DNA from: a virus
Reading direction: 5' to 3' (one strand)
Length of the DNA stretch: 64,000 bases
Virus record (IMG/VR): IMGVR_UViG_3300032293_001706
Location: 126,553-190,552 of that record
Shown one piece after another: positions 19,746-28,454 of the stretch. Position 1 is the first letter of the stretch. Each line of letters starts with the position of its first letter. The notes beneath the pieces were generated by a model. It saw only the letters and a list, made by a program, of their open reading frames with translations, was not told where the DNA came from and searched no databases. The position numbers were made by a program, and so were the translations under genes.

Positions 19746-21416
19746 ATGATGACATTTGTAACAGGTTTATGGGATATAGGTAGGGATGAACTATCTGAAG
19801 GTTGGTCAAGAAGTTATGAACATTATTTAAATAAACTTGAACAACTTTTAAAAACAGATATTAATTTTATAATTTTTGGTGATAAAAAATTAGAAGAATT
19901 TGTTAATCAAATAAGAAGTAACGAAAACACACAATTTATTTTAAGAGAAAAGGAATGGTTTAAACAAACAGTTCCATTTGAAAAAATACAAGAAATACGA
20001 AACAATCCGAATTGGTATAATCAGGCAGGATGGTTAAAAGATTCAACACAAGCAAAATTAGAGTGGTATAATCCACTTGTAATGTCCAAGGTTTTTTTAT
20101 TACATGATGCAAAAATTTTGGATAAATTTAATTCTACCCATTTATTTTGGGTAGATGCGGGGATAACAAATACAGTTCATCCAGGATATTTTACCCACGA
20201 TAAAATTCAAGAAAAGTTACCAAAAGTGTTTGATAAGTTTGGATTTGTCACATTTCCATATATTGCAAATAATGAAATACATGGGTTTTCCTATCCAAAG
20301 ATAAATACTTTTGCTGATTCTGATGTGAATTTAGTATGTAGGGGAGGGTTATTTGGCGGTAGGAAAGAAATAATATCCGACATAAATACAATTTATTATA
20401 ATATCTTAAATGATACAATAAATCAAGGATATATGGGAACAGAAGAATCCATATTCAGTATTATGTTGTATAGACATTCAGATATAATTGATTATGTGGA
20501 GATTGAAGAGAATGGATTGATATCTAAGTTTTGTGAAGATTTAAAAAACGATACATACGAAGTTAAAAATATAAAAGGAAAACGGATTAAAAACCAGAAC
20601 TTAGATATAACAAAAACCGCATTATACGTAATTACTTTTAATAGTTCAAATCAATTTGAAACATTAATAAAATCAATGTTAGAATATGATGAAAATTTTA
20701 TTAAAAAGCCTAAAAAATTTTTATTGGATAATTCAACGGATTTAACAACAACACCTAGATATGAAGAATTATGTAAAGAATATGGGTTTGAACATATTAA
20801 GAAAGACAACATTGGAATTATGGGTGGTAGAGTATTTGTTGCAGAACATTTCGATGAAACAGGACTTGATTTTTATTTTTGGTTTGAAGATGATATGAAT
20901 TTTTATCCAAAAAAAGGTGAAGTATGTAAAAATGGTTTTAACAGATATATATCAAATTTATATGAGACATCTTTGGATATAATTAAAAAAGAAGATTTTG
21001 ATTTTCTGAAGTTAAACTATACCGAATTTTATGGAGATAATGGTGTACAATTTGCATGGTATAATGTACCAAGTGGATTTAGAAAAAAACATTGGCCTGA
21101 TAAACCAAATTTACCCGTAAGAGGGTTAGACCCAAATGCTCCGAGAACAAAATTTAATGAAATAAAATCATATAATAATGTGCCATACGCAAAAGGTGAA
21201 ATCTATTTGTCGAACTGGCCAATAGTTTTAACAAAACAAGGTAATTATAAATGTTATTTGGAAACAAAATTTCAACATCCTTATGAACAGACTTTAATGA
21301 GTTATTCTTTTCAAGAAACCATTAAAAATTTAATAAACCCAGGTGTTTTATTAATTACACCAACAGAACATAATAGATTTGAATATTACGACGCTAATTT
21401 AAGAAAAGAATCGTAA
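19746..21416 (+). CDS. HtrL/YibB-like domain fused to GT-A-like domain
   Basis: TFVTGLWDIGR, FWVDAG, GGLFGG, GTEESIF (HtrL-like); LYVITFN...FLLDNS...WFEDDM (GT-A-like). Confidence 0.65.
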   Translation: MMTFVTGLWDIGRDELSEGWSRSYEHYLNKLEQLLKTDINFIIFGDKKLEEFVNQIRSNENTQFILREKEWFKQTVPFEKIQEIRNNPNWYNQAGWLKDSTQAKLEWYNPLVMSKVFLLHDAKILDKFNSTHLFWVDAGITNTVHPGYFTHDKIQEKLPKVFDKFGFVTFPYIANNEIHGFSYPKINTFADSDVNLVCRGGLFGGRKEIISDINTIYYNILNDTINQGYMGTEESIFSIMLYRHSDIIDYVEIEENGLISKFCEDLKNDTYEVKNIKGKRIKNQNLDITKTALYVITFNSSNQFETLIKSMLEYDENFIKKPKKFLLDNSTDLTTTPRYEELCKEYGFEHIKKDNIGIMGGRVFVAEHFDETGLDFYFWFEDDMNFYPKKGEVCKNGFNRYISNLYETSLDIIKKEDFDFLKLNYTEFYGDNGVQFAWYNVPSGFRKKHWPDKPNLPVRGLDPNAPRTKFNEIKSYNNVPYAKGEIYLSNWPIVLTKQGNYKCYLETKFQHPYEQTLMSYSFQETIKNLINPGVLLITPTEHNRFEYYDANLRKES

Positions 21417-21447
21417 AAAAACAAACTAATGATTATTTATATTTAAT

Positions 21448-23670
21448 ATGGCGTGTTTAAGCGGTGTTACTAGCGGTTCAGGATGGTCTTATGTGGACTG
21501 TGTTGGAAATTTTCAATCAGGGGATACTATTGGGTTGTCAGTTTGTTATGACCCAAATCCTATATCGGGGTATTTACCTATTAACATAACGCAATCAGAA
21601 GTAGAGTGTACTCCAACTAATTATCAATTTTCTGCTTGTTGTAATGGGGCATTATATAAAACAACCTCATTTTCGACTTTCTCAGCAGGAACTTCTTATT
21701 ACATTGAGAGTGATTTATTTACAGGTTGTACAACTGTTGTAACATATTCAGGTGCGGGAACAAGTATAAACTTAACATCAACAGGAGTATCATATGCAAA
21801 TTGTTCTTTATGTGTTGCAGAAACACCTTGTCCACCTGCAAGTGACTTCCAATTCAGGTCATGTTGTGACCCAACCGTTACATTTATTATAAATGATTAT
21901 GTTGCGGAATTAACATCGGGTGAAGTTTATTATATTATAAGTACAGGTTTCACAGGTTGTGCCGAAGTAATACCATATACAGGTTTAGGTGAAAGATATG
22001 ATGCAACTTCATTAACAGGTCCTTATGATGATTGTGCATCTTGTATGGATGATTATCCTTGTTATTGTGTTTGTAAAAATTATTTATTAAATAATACACA
22101 AGAAGTTGATACCTATGTTTCATTTTTTGATTGTTATGGTAATGAACTTACAATTACACTACCGGCAGGAAATAGTCTTGAAATTTGTGCTTGTGAAGAT
22201 ACCGTATTAGTTCCACCTGGAGTTATTTTAACCGATTTAGGCGATTGTACTTTTGAAACTCAAACACCTACACCTACACCAACAGTAACACCAACACCAA
22301 CTGCAACACCAACTTATAGCGCTTGTAGTGAACAGTTTTGTTTAAGAACTGAATATTCACAATTTAGTAATTATGACGGACAATATACAAGTGGTGGGAC
22401 ATATAACTCAAGACCATATTATACAGGTTCAACAACAGGAACAGTATATTATGATGGAACACAATGGTGTTTATCAAATACTTTAGGTGGTAGTTGTGTT
22501 TTATATGGTAAGACACCTTGTTTTTCTAACTGTCCTGACATTGATGAAGAAATTTGGACCGTAGGAGTTTGTCCGACACCAACACCTACTCCAACACCAA
22601 ATATTTGTGTAACAGTAGACTTTAATGCGTTATTTGATTGCGATTATACACCTGATGTAACGGTAACGTGTGAAACACCAACACCTACTCCAAGTGTAAC
22701 ACCCACAATAAATCCTTGTATTGGAGTTGATGCCGATATTGATATCATTAATACCTCACCTACTCCAACACCTACTCCAACAGTAACACCCACACCTTCA
22801 TTAGTTAGAAGTGTTAATGTGTCAGGGGCAACCACATACACATTAGTTGATACAGAATTTATGTGTAATTTCGTTAGAAAAATACAAGATTGTGATACAA
22901 GTGAAATACATTACGTTTCACAAGGTATAAGAACTATTAATAACACAATAGTATCAACAGGACAAACCTTTAGTGCTTATGTTGACGGTGTTTATAAATG
23001 TTTCACATATTTAGGAATAGTATATGACCAAAGTGCTACTCTAACACTAAATTCTATTACCAATTCATTTACAGCTTGTACAGCTTGTACAAACTCATTA
23101 ACACCAACTCCGACACCAACAGCAACTGTAACACCTACAATAAGTGTTACACCATCAGTTACACCATCAGTTACACCATCAGTTACTCCATCAGTTACTC
23201 CAACATTAACTCCGACATTAACTCCGACACCGACTAAGACAGTAACACCAACACCTTCAATAAATTCTTCAGCAACACCTACTCCAACACCGACTAAGAC
23301 ACCAACTCCAACACCGACTAACACACCGACTAACACGATAACACCAACACCAACGAGAACACCAACAAAAACACCGACACCTACACCATCAGTGACATCA
23401 ACAGTCACTCCGACACCGACATTAACGCCAACACCAACATCTACTTTAACTCCAACACCATCACAACAACCAATTAATTATTTAGTTCAAAATTGTACTG
23501 AAAGTAACATTGCGTATGTAAGTAATTTAGGTGGATTAACAATTAATATTGGTGATAAAGTTAAACTTTCAGGTACAGGATATGAAGGTTGTTGGGAAGT
23601 AATTAACTATACATTAAGTGTTCCATCAACAACAATAATCTCGGTTCACGCAACATGTGATTGTAACTAA
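21448..23670 (+). CDS. Cys-rich structural protein with long Pro/Thr mucin-like stalks
   Basis: Many Cys pairs; PTPTPTVTPT repeats at about 22260-22320, 22575-22800 and 23100-23460. Confidence 0.6.
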   Translation: MACLSGVTSGSGWSYVDCVGNFQSGDTIGLSVCYDPNPISGYLPINITQSEVECTPTNYQFSACCNGALYKTTSFSTFSAGTSYYIESDLFTGCTTVVTYSGAGTSINLTSTGVSYANCSLCVAETPCPPASDFQFRSCCDPTVTFIINDYVAELTSGEVYYIISTGFTGCAEVIPYTGLGERYDATSLTGPYDDCASCMDDYPCYCVCKNYLLNNTQEVDTYVSFFDCYGNELTITLPAGNSLEICACEDTVLVPPGVILTDLGDCTFETQTPTPTPTVTPTPTATPTYSACSEQFCLRTEYSQFSNYDGQYTSGGTYNSRPYYTGSTTGTVYYDGTQWCLSNTLGGSCVLYGKTPCFSNCPDIDEEIWTVGVCPTPTPTPTPNICVTVDFNALFDCDYTPDVTVTCETPTPTPSVTPTINPCIGVDADIDIINTSPTPTPTPTVTPTPSLVRSVNVSGATTYTLVDTEFMCNFVRKIQDCDTSEIHYVSQGIRTINNTIVSTGQTFSAYVDGVYKCFTYLGIVYDQSATLTLNSITNSFTACTACTNSLTPTPTPTATVTPTISVTPSVTPSVTPSVTPSVTPTLTPTLTPTPTKTVTPTPSINSSATPTPTPTKTPTPTPTNTPTNTITPTPTRTPTKTPTPTPSVTSTVTPTPTLTPTPTSTLTPTPSQQPINYLVQNCTESNIAYVSNLGGLTINIGDKVKLSGTGYEGCWEVINYTLSVPSTTIISVHATCDCN

Positions 23671-23678
23671 ATATTAAT

Positions 23679-23897
23679 ATGGGAAAACAATACATAATAA
23701 ACTACATAACAGGTACACCTGAATATAATGTGTATGTTTGTGATAATACAGGTTTAAATTGTGTTTATCTTGCGACAATAACAAATTATGATATTCCATA
23801 CACACAAGATATACCAGCACCTTTTGATACAATGAGTTCATTTATTATAAAAATTGTGGACATAAATGGATGCACAATAACTAAATCGTTTTCATGA
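23679..23897 (+). CDS. Small Cys-rich module protein (paralogue of 6157)
   Basis: ITGTPEYNVYVCD...CVYLA...IVDINGCT. Confidence 0.55.
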   Translation: MGKQYIINYITGTPEYNVYVCDNTGLNCVYLATITNYDIPYTQDIPAPFDTMSSFIIKIVDINGCTITKSFS

Positions 23898-25666
23898 GTG
23901 TAATAGTTAAAAACGAATGTGGAGTTCAAACAATTTTACCGTTAGGTATTGATTGTTTTGTGGTTGATGCGACAACACCGGTGTCATTAGATGGAACAAT
24001 ATACTTAAATATTACAGGTGGTACATCTCCATATTTAATTACTTGGGATAATGGGTCAAATTCACAAAATTTATATTCAGTATCTGCTGGTACTTATACA
24101 GCAACTGTTGTTGATTTTTATGGAGACTATACCGCAACAACAACTTGTACAGTTGGGACCGAACAAATTTATGTGGATTATTTTAAAGATTGTTCACAAA
24201 CATATAATCTATATTTAACAGGGTTGACAGACACATATACCGAGGGTTCTATCTATAGGTTAAGTGCAAATACGGGTTGTTGGGAATATTCGGGTAAAGT
24301 TTTAAGTGGTACATATACTTTAAATTTTGATAATATTTTGGAAGGTCCTTATGATACTTGTGAAGAATGTGACCCGCCAACCGAACAACCGTATTTTCCA
24401 AATTCTTTATGTTTATATACAGAGAATCCATATACGACATATCAATTCTTATTTTATGGTTATGTAAATGAAAGACCAGCATATACAGGAACATCTTTAA
24501 ACAGTTTAAGTTATTCCATTCAATGGACGACAGGGTTTACAAATGAATGGAAAGTTATTGGAAAAGAAGACAATACATTAACAAACGGAAACGATACCTA
24601 TAATCCTCTTGGTAGTTGGACTTTAAATGGAACTCAACAAGTTTGGACTGCAGTTTCAGGAACTTGTCCAACGATTAAAGAGTTAACTGCAACACACGCG
24701 ACATCAGACCCAAATTGTGAAAGCACATGTAACGGAAGTAGTATAGTTGTAACAGCAACAGGTGGAATATCACCATATCAATATTCGTTTGATAATGGTT
24801 TATATAGTGTTATACCAAGTAAAACATCGTTATGTCCAGGTTCACATACATATACAGTTTTAGATAGTAGTGGAAATACATTTACAAGTACATTTACAAT
24901 TAATAAAGGGGCGAAAGTATCAACATATACTTTATCTATCACTTTTAAAACCATTGACACTCAAATTGATTACGGAACTGAGGTTAGTAGAAGACTTCAA
25001 TATAATGTTAATGTTTCACCTCAATTACCATCAGGGACAGAAATAACGTTACCGATATTTGTTAATGTTTTGAAAAAAGTTTCAAGTCCTGGTGTTACGA
25101 CAGTTACATATACACCGTATTTGTATAGTGGAAACACTTCAGTATCACCAAGTTCAAACACATTAATAAATACACAAATAACAAAACCAAACCCATATAA
25201 CTTTAATTATCCGTATGAAACAACAGCTTATACATACAGTGTTAATTATAGTAATGTTATTTTAAAAAATGGTTTGACGGTTTCAGGATATGTAGATACT
25301 ACAATCACAAAAGTTTCTGATGGAACACCAACTTGTAATTGCAGTTCGTATTCTGTTGAAAACCCATCATCATCAGTCCAATATTATAATTGGACTAATT
25401 GTACTGGCGGAACTGAAACAGGTTACTTCTTACAACCAGGTCAAACATCAAATATATGTGCTTGTGGGGTTACGGCAACAACACCAAGTTCATTAATCAT
25501 TACAAAAGGTGGTGGAAGTTTAAATTGTTCAGGTGCGGTCACAGATGGTAACATTACGGTAAGTGCTGGTATGGGAGCGGCGTCTATAAACGGAGTTTGT
25601 AATGCTGTTAATATTCAGACACCATCAACAGAACAATTATATAGTCAATTATATCAACTATTCTAA
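23894..25666 (+). CDS. Structural protein with SprB-like repeats
   Basis: TGGTSPYLITWDNG...AGTYTATVVD and TGGISPYQYSFDNG...GSHTYTVLD. Confidence 0.55.
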   Translation: MSVIVKNECGVQTILPLGIDCFVVDATTPVSLDGTIYLNITGGTSPYLITWDNGSNSQNLYSVSAGTYTATVVDFYGDYTATTTCTVGTEQIYVDYFKDCSQTYNLYLTGLTDTYTEGSIYRLSANTGCWEYSGKVLSGTYTLNFDNILEGPYDTCEECDPPTEQPYFPNSLCLYTENPYTTYQFLFYGYVNERPAYTGTSLNSLSYSIQWTTGFTNEWKVIGKEDNTLTNGNDTYNPLGSWTLNGTQQVWTAVSGTCPTIKELTATHATSDPNCESTCNGSSIVVTATGGISPYQYSFDNGLYSVIPSKTSLCPGSHTYTVLDSSGNTFTSTFTINKGAKVSTYTLSITFKTIDTQIDYGTEVSRRLQYNVNVSPQLPSGTEITLPIFVNVLKKVSSPGVTTVTYTPYLYSGNTSVSPSSNTLINTQITKPNPYNFNYPYETTAYTYSVNYSNVILKNGLTVSGYVDTTITKVSDGTPTCNCSSYSVENPSSSVQYYNWTNCTGGTETGYFLQPGQTSNICACGVTATTPSSLIITKGGGSLNCSGAVTDGNITVSAGMGAASINGVCNAVNIQTPSTEQLYSQLYQLF

Positions 25667-25699
25667 TTACGGAAATACAAATCATTATATTTATAAAAA

Positions 25700-27901
25700 A
25701 TGGCATATATTTTAAAAGATACTTCAGCGTTACTTAACACACAAATAACTGATGTGGGAAGGAGAAAATTATCACAAGGTAATTTTAATATTTCTTATTT
25801 CCAATTAGGAGATAGTGAAGTTTGTTACAATTGTATTAGCGGTCAAAATTTATCAAACTTACAAGTTTTTGTACCTGAATTTAATGCGCAAAATAATACA
25901 GGGGTTCCACAAAGTAATAGATTGGGGGTTAAATATCCAATATATCTTTCAAGTTCAACGGGGGATACAAATACATTTGGAATTCCATTTCAAGACTCAC
26001 AAGTTGTTGATGTTTTTAATACACCAAAACCACGTGGGTTCTTTACAGGTGGTTCAGGAAATTTCTCCGCTTTTACAAATTCCGCATTAACGGTAACATC
26101 AAATTATAGTTTTAAATTATCAGGAGTGTCTGGTACTAGCAAATTTGTTGTTACATCAGGTGCTTGTGACGTTACCGTTACAGGTACACCACAAGTGAAT
26201 CAATTTGTCACACTATTCTTTGATAATTCTGCAAATTGTGGGGTTGTTAATTTTCCTTATCCGATATTAACGTATAAAGTATGTGGGGTTACAGGTAATA
26301 CAATTGAAGTTGATAGAAATCTTCCAATATTTAATACTTTTTCAGGTTCAGGAAGGGCAATTTTCTATCCATCAGGTATGACACCATATTATGACAGTTA
26401 TACTCCAGAACCTTACTACGATAGCGGAGTTTTTTCATTTGAGTTAAATTGTGAAATCCAAAATTCTGATGTTGAAGTATGGAATATGAATCAACCTTGG
26501 AGTGAAACACCGGCAGGGTTAACATATACACAATATAAAGACCATAACGAATTTGGGTCCGTAAATTACATTGGAACAAAAGAATATTTAGGATATCAAT
26601 CAGATACAGGACAGACCTTTGAAAATAAAACAGGAACAATATATCCGACAAATACATTTTATAAAAACTCTTTCCAAGAACAAATTGATGTTTTTCCATC
26701 AGAACAAAAGGTAATATCGATTATTCATTACACAAATCAAAGTATTGATAACTTTTATGGCGAAAAATTCGCAATGGAACCTTTTGATGATACACAATCA
26801 GGTGCTACAGGTCAAGCAAGAAACTTTAAATTAACTTTACCTACTTTGATGTGGCACAAATCACAGAATAACACAATAGGTGAAACATTCTATGTGGACC
26901 CACCAAATTTTGAATCTTTGGATTTAGTTCAACCATATTTCATGAAATCAAATGATGATGACAATTTTAATAATCCGGGATTAAGATACTATCATTTATG
27001 GGATACAAATGCTGACGCTAATGGTTATCCAAATAGAGTTGGTAAAGTATTTCCTGATTTAAAAATTGTAACCATTGATGATGAAGAATTATGTGTGACA
27101 CTTTCATATAAATCAAATAGAAATTATACACTGCCAGCGCCAAGAATAGGATTGGTAGTTCCCAATACATTTAATCAGAATATCTCCTCAACAGATGGGG
27201 TTTTAAGTGCTGAAACCGAAACAATGTTTGTTACATATAGATTTGGTAATACAGGTTCAACAAATGGTATGCATTGTAATTATTACTCCAAAATTAAAGG
27301 GTCTACAATCACAGGACAAACTGATGATGTTATTGTAAGATTCGGTTCAGAGTTTCCATTTTTAATTGAAGAAATGACATCACAACCTTCAGGGTTTACC
27401 TGTAATTCAGTTAAATTAATTTGTCAAAAAGTAACAACAGGTGAAAGACCAGACCCAATGAGTTGGGTTGAAATTGATGTTACATCGGCAATTACAGCAA
27501 ACACAGGTTCAATAAATATAAGTGCGGCAGAGTTAACAGGAACAACGTTCCAAATTACAAAAAGTTCATATGAAAGTGCAAGTTTATATAGTTTAGAAAG
27601 TTATATTGATTTACCATTGTTAAATTATAATACAGGTATGACTTTTGGTGAAGAATATTATTTTTATGGTAATATTGAAACAGATGTTCAGGCAACAATA
27701 TATGAAATGAGATATTTGGTTAATTTAGCAAACAGTCAATATATCCGTTCATCCAATCCAACTTGGAATTTTGGGGACAATGTGTATTTTACAGAGATTG
27801 GTCTGTTTGATAATGATAAAAATATGTTAATATATTCAAAACTACAAAGTCCCGCAAAAAGACAAGGGGTTCAACAAATAACAATAAAGTATGATTTTTA
27901 A
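25700..27901 (+). CDS. Baseplate/tail-collar-like structural protein
   Basis: N-terminal TQITDVGRRKL...ISYFQLGDSE and C-terminal FTEIGLFDNDKNMLIYSKL, typical of tail-collar/baseplate proteins. Confidence 0.6.
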   Translation: MAYILKDTSALLNTQITDVGRRKLSQGNFNISYFQLGDSEVCYNCISGQNLSNLQVFVPEFNAQNNTGVPQSNRLGVKYPIYLSSSTGDTNTFGIPFQDSQVVDVFNTPKPRGFFTGGSGNFSAFTNSALTVTSNYSFKLSGVSGTSKFVVTSGACDVTVTGTPQVNQFVTLFFDNSANCGVVNFPYPILTYKVCGVTGNTIEVDRNLPIFNTFSGSGRAIFYPSGMTPYYDSYTPEPYYDSGVFSFELNCEIQNSDVEVWNMNQPWSETPAGLTYTQYKDHNEFGSVNYIGTKEYLGYQSDTGQTFENKTGTIYPTNTFYKNSFQEQIDVFPSEQKVISIIHYTNQSIDNFYGEKFAMEPFDDTQSGATGQARNFKLTLPTLMWHKSQNNTIGETFYVDPPNFESLDLVQPYFMKSNDDDNFNNPGLRYYHLWDTNADANGYPNRVGKVFPDLKIVTIDDEELCVTLSYKSNRNYTLPAPRIGLVVPNTFNQNISSTDGVLSAETETMFVTYRFGNTGSTNGMHCNYYSKIKGSTITGQTDDVIVRFGSEFPFLIEEMTSQPSGFTCNSVKLICQKVTTGERPDPMSWVEIDVTSAITANTGSINISAAELTGTTFQITKSSYESASLYSLESYIDLPLLNYNTGMTFGEEYYFYGNIETDVQATIYEMRYLVNLANSQYIRSSNPTWNFGDNVYFTEIGLFDNDKNMLIYSKLQSPAKRQGVQQITIKYDF

Positions 27902-27924
27902 AAATTTATTCGTATATTTGTGCT

Positions 27925-28188
27925 ATGACAATGTGGGATAATGCTCATTTTTTTCTTTTTAATCTAAAAGAAGGCGAAGGATATAATGATGTAATTTGTA
28001 CAAAAAGAACCGCAAAAAAAATATATTTATCAAATGGACTTATTGTTAGGTATAAAAAAGTAAATAATTTTTTTTATCTAACATCATCATCCGTTAAAGT
28101 AGGTCATCGTAGTTATGATAGAATTAACCAAATTTTAAGGGATATTGAGGGTTTTTTAATTTATAAAATGCATTGTAACATTTGGTAA
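27925..28188 (+). CDS. Hypothetical protein
   Basis: ORF preceded by a TATATTTG box at about 27913-27920. Confidence 0.5.
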   Translation: MTMWDNAHFFLFNLKEGEGYNDVICTKRTAKKIYLSNGLIVRYKKVNNFFYLTSSSVKVGHRSYDRINQILRDIEGFLIYKMHCNIW

Positions 28189-28212
28189 ATAAAAAAAATA
28201 GTAGTATCTTTG
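28181..28212 (+). promoter_or_regulatory. Bacteroidota sigmaA-type promoter (-33 TTTG, -7 TAnnTTTG)
   Basis: TTTG (28181-84), 20 nt, TATCTTTG (28205-12), then ATG at 28220. Confidence 0.75.
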
Positions 28213-28219
28213 TATTGTT

Positions 28220-28351
28220 ATGGAACAGAAAGATTGGAAACAGGGAATGTCAAATGGACACATAGCTCAAATAGTTCGTAGAAAGAATGTAATGAGGGTG
28301 GTACAGTCCAAAAAAGTGTACAACAGAAAGAAAGAACAGAAAAACTGGTAA
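28220..28351 (+). CDS. 43-aa basic peptide, ArfA-like
   Basis: MEQKDWKQGMSNGHIAQIVRRKNVMRVVQSKKVYNRKKEQKNW; the R-V-V-x-S-K-K-x-Y-N-R-K tail resembles ArfA-like peptides. Not in the ORF track. Confidence 0.5.
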   Translation: MEQKDWKQGMSNGHIAQIVRRKNVMRVVQSKKVYNRKKEQKNW

Positions 28352-28393
28352 CCCCAAAAAAAAACTGTTCCATATCTGTAACACGACGAAAAT

Positions 28394-28425
28394 AAAGAGG
28401 ACCAAAAGTCCTCTTTTTCTTTTTT
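28394..28425 (+). terminator. Intrinsic terminator
   Basis: AAAGAGGAC-CAAAA-GTCCTCTTT followed by a T tract. Confidence 0.8.
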
Positions 28426-28429
28426 GTTA

Positions 28430-28436
28430 TATTTAT
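28430..28436 (+). promoter_or_regulatory. Recurrent TATTTAT(A) motif, candidate phage late promoter (representative copy)
   Basis: Same motif 0-30 nt upstream of starts: plus strand at 5091, 8483, 10126, 11899, 21434, 25688, 28430, 29878, 41008, 46515, 51249, 52325, 57779; minus strand at 17589, 39658, 57530, 57739. Confidence 0.6.
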
Positions 28437-28454
28437 CATTAACAAGACCTTTAA

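Noticed and set aside
22260-23460. PT-repeat DNA as a CRISPR or non-coding repeat
   Set aside because: 6-12-nt period, synonymous variation, no unique spacers; an ordinary low-complexity linker.
28218-28445. Minus-strand 75-aa ORF
   Set aside because: Overlaps the plus-strand 43-aa gene, which has a matching promoter and terminator.
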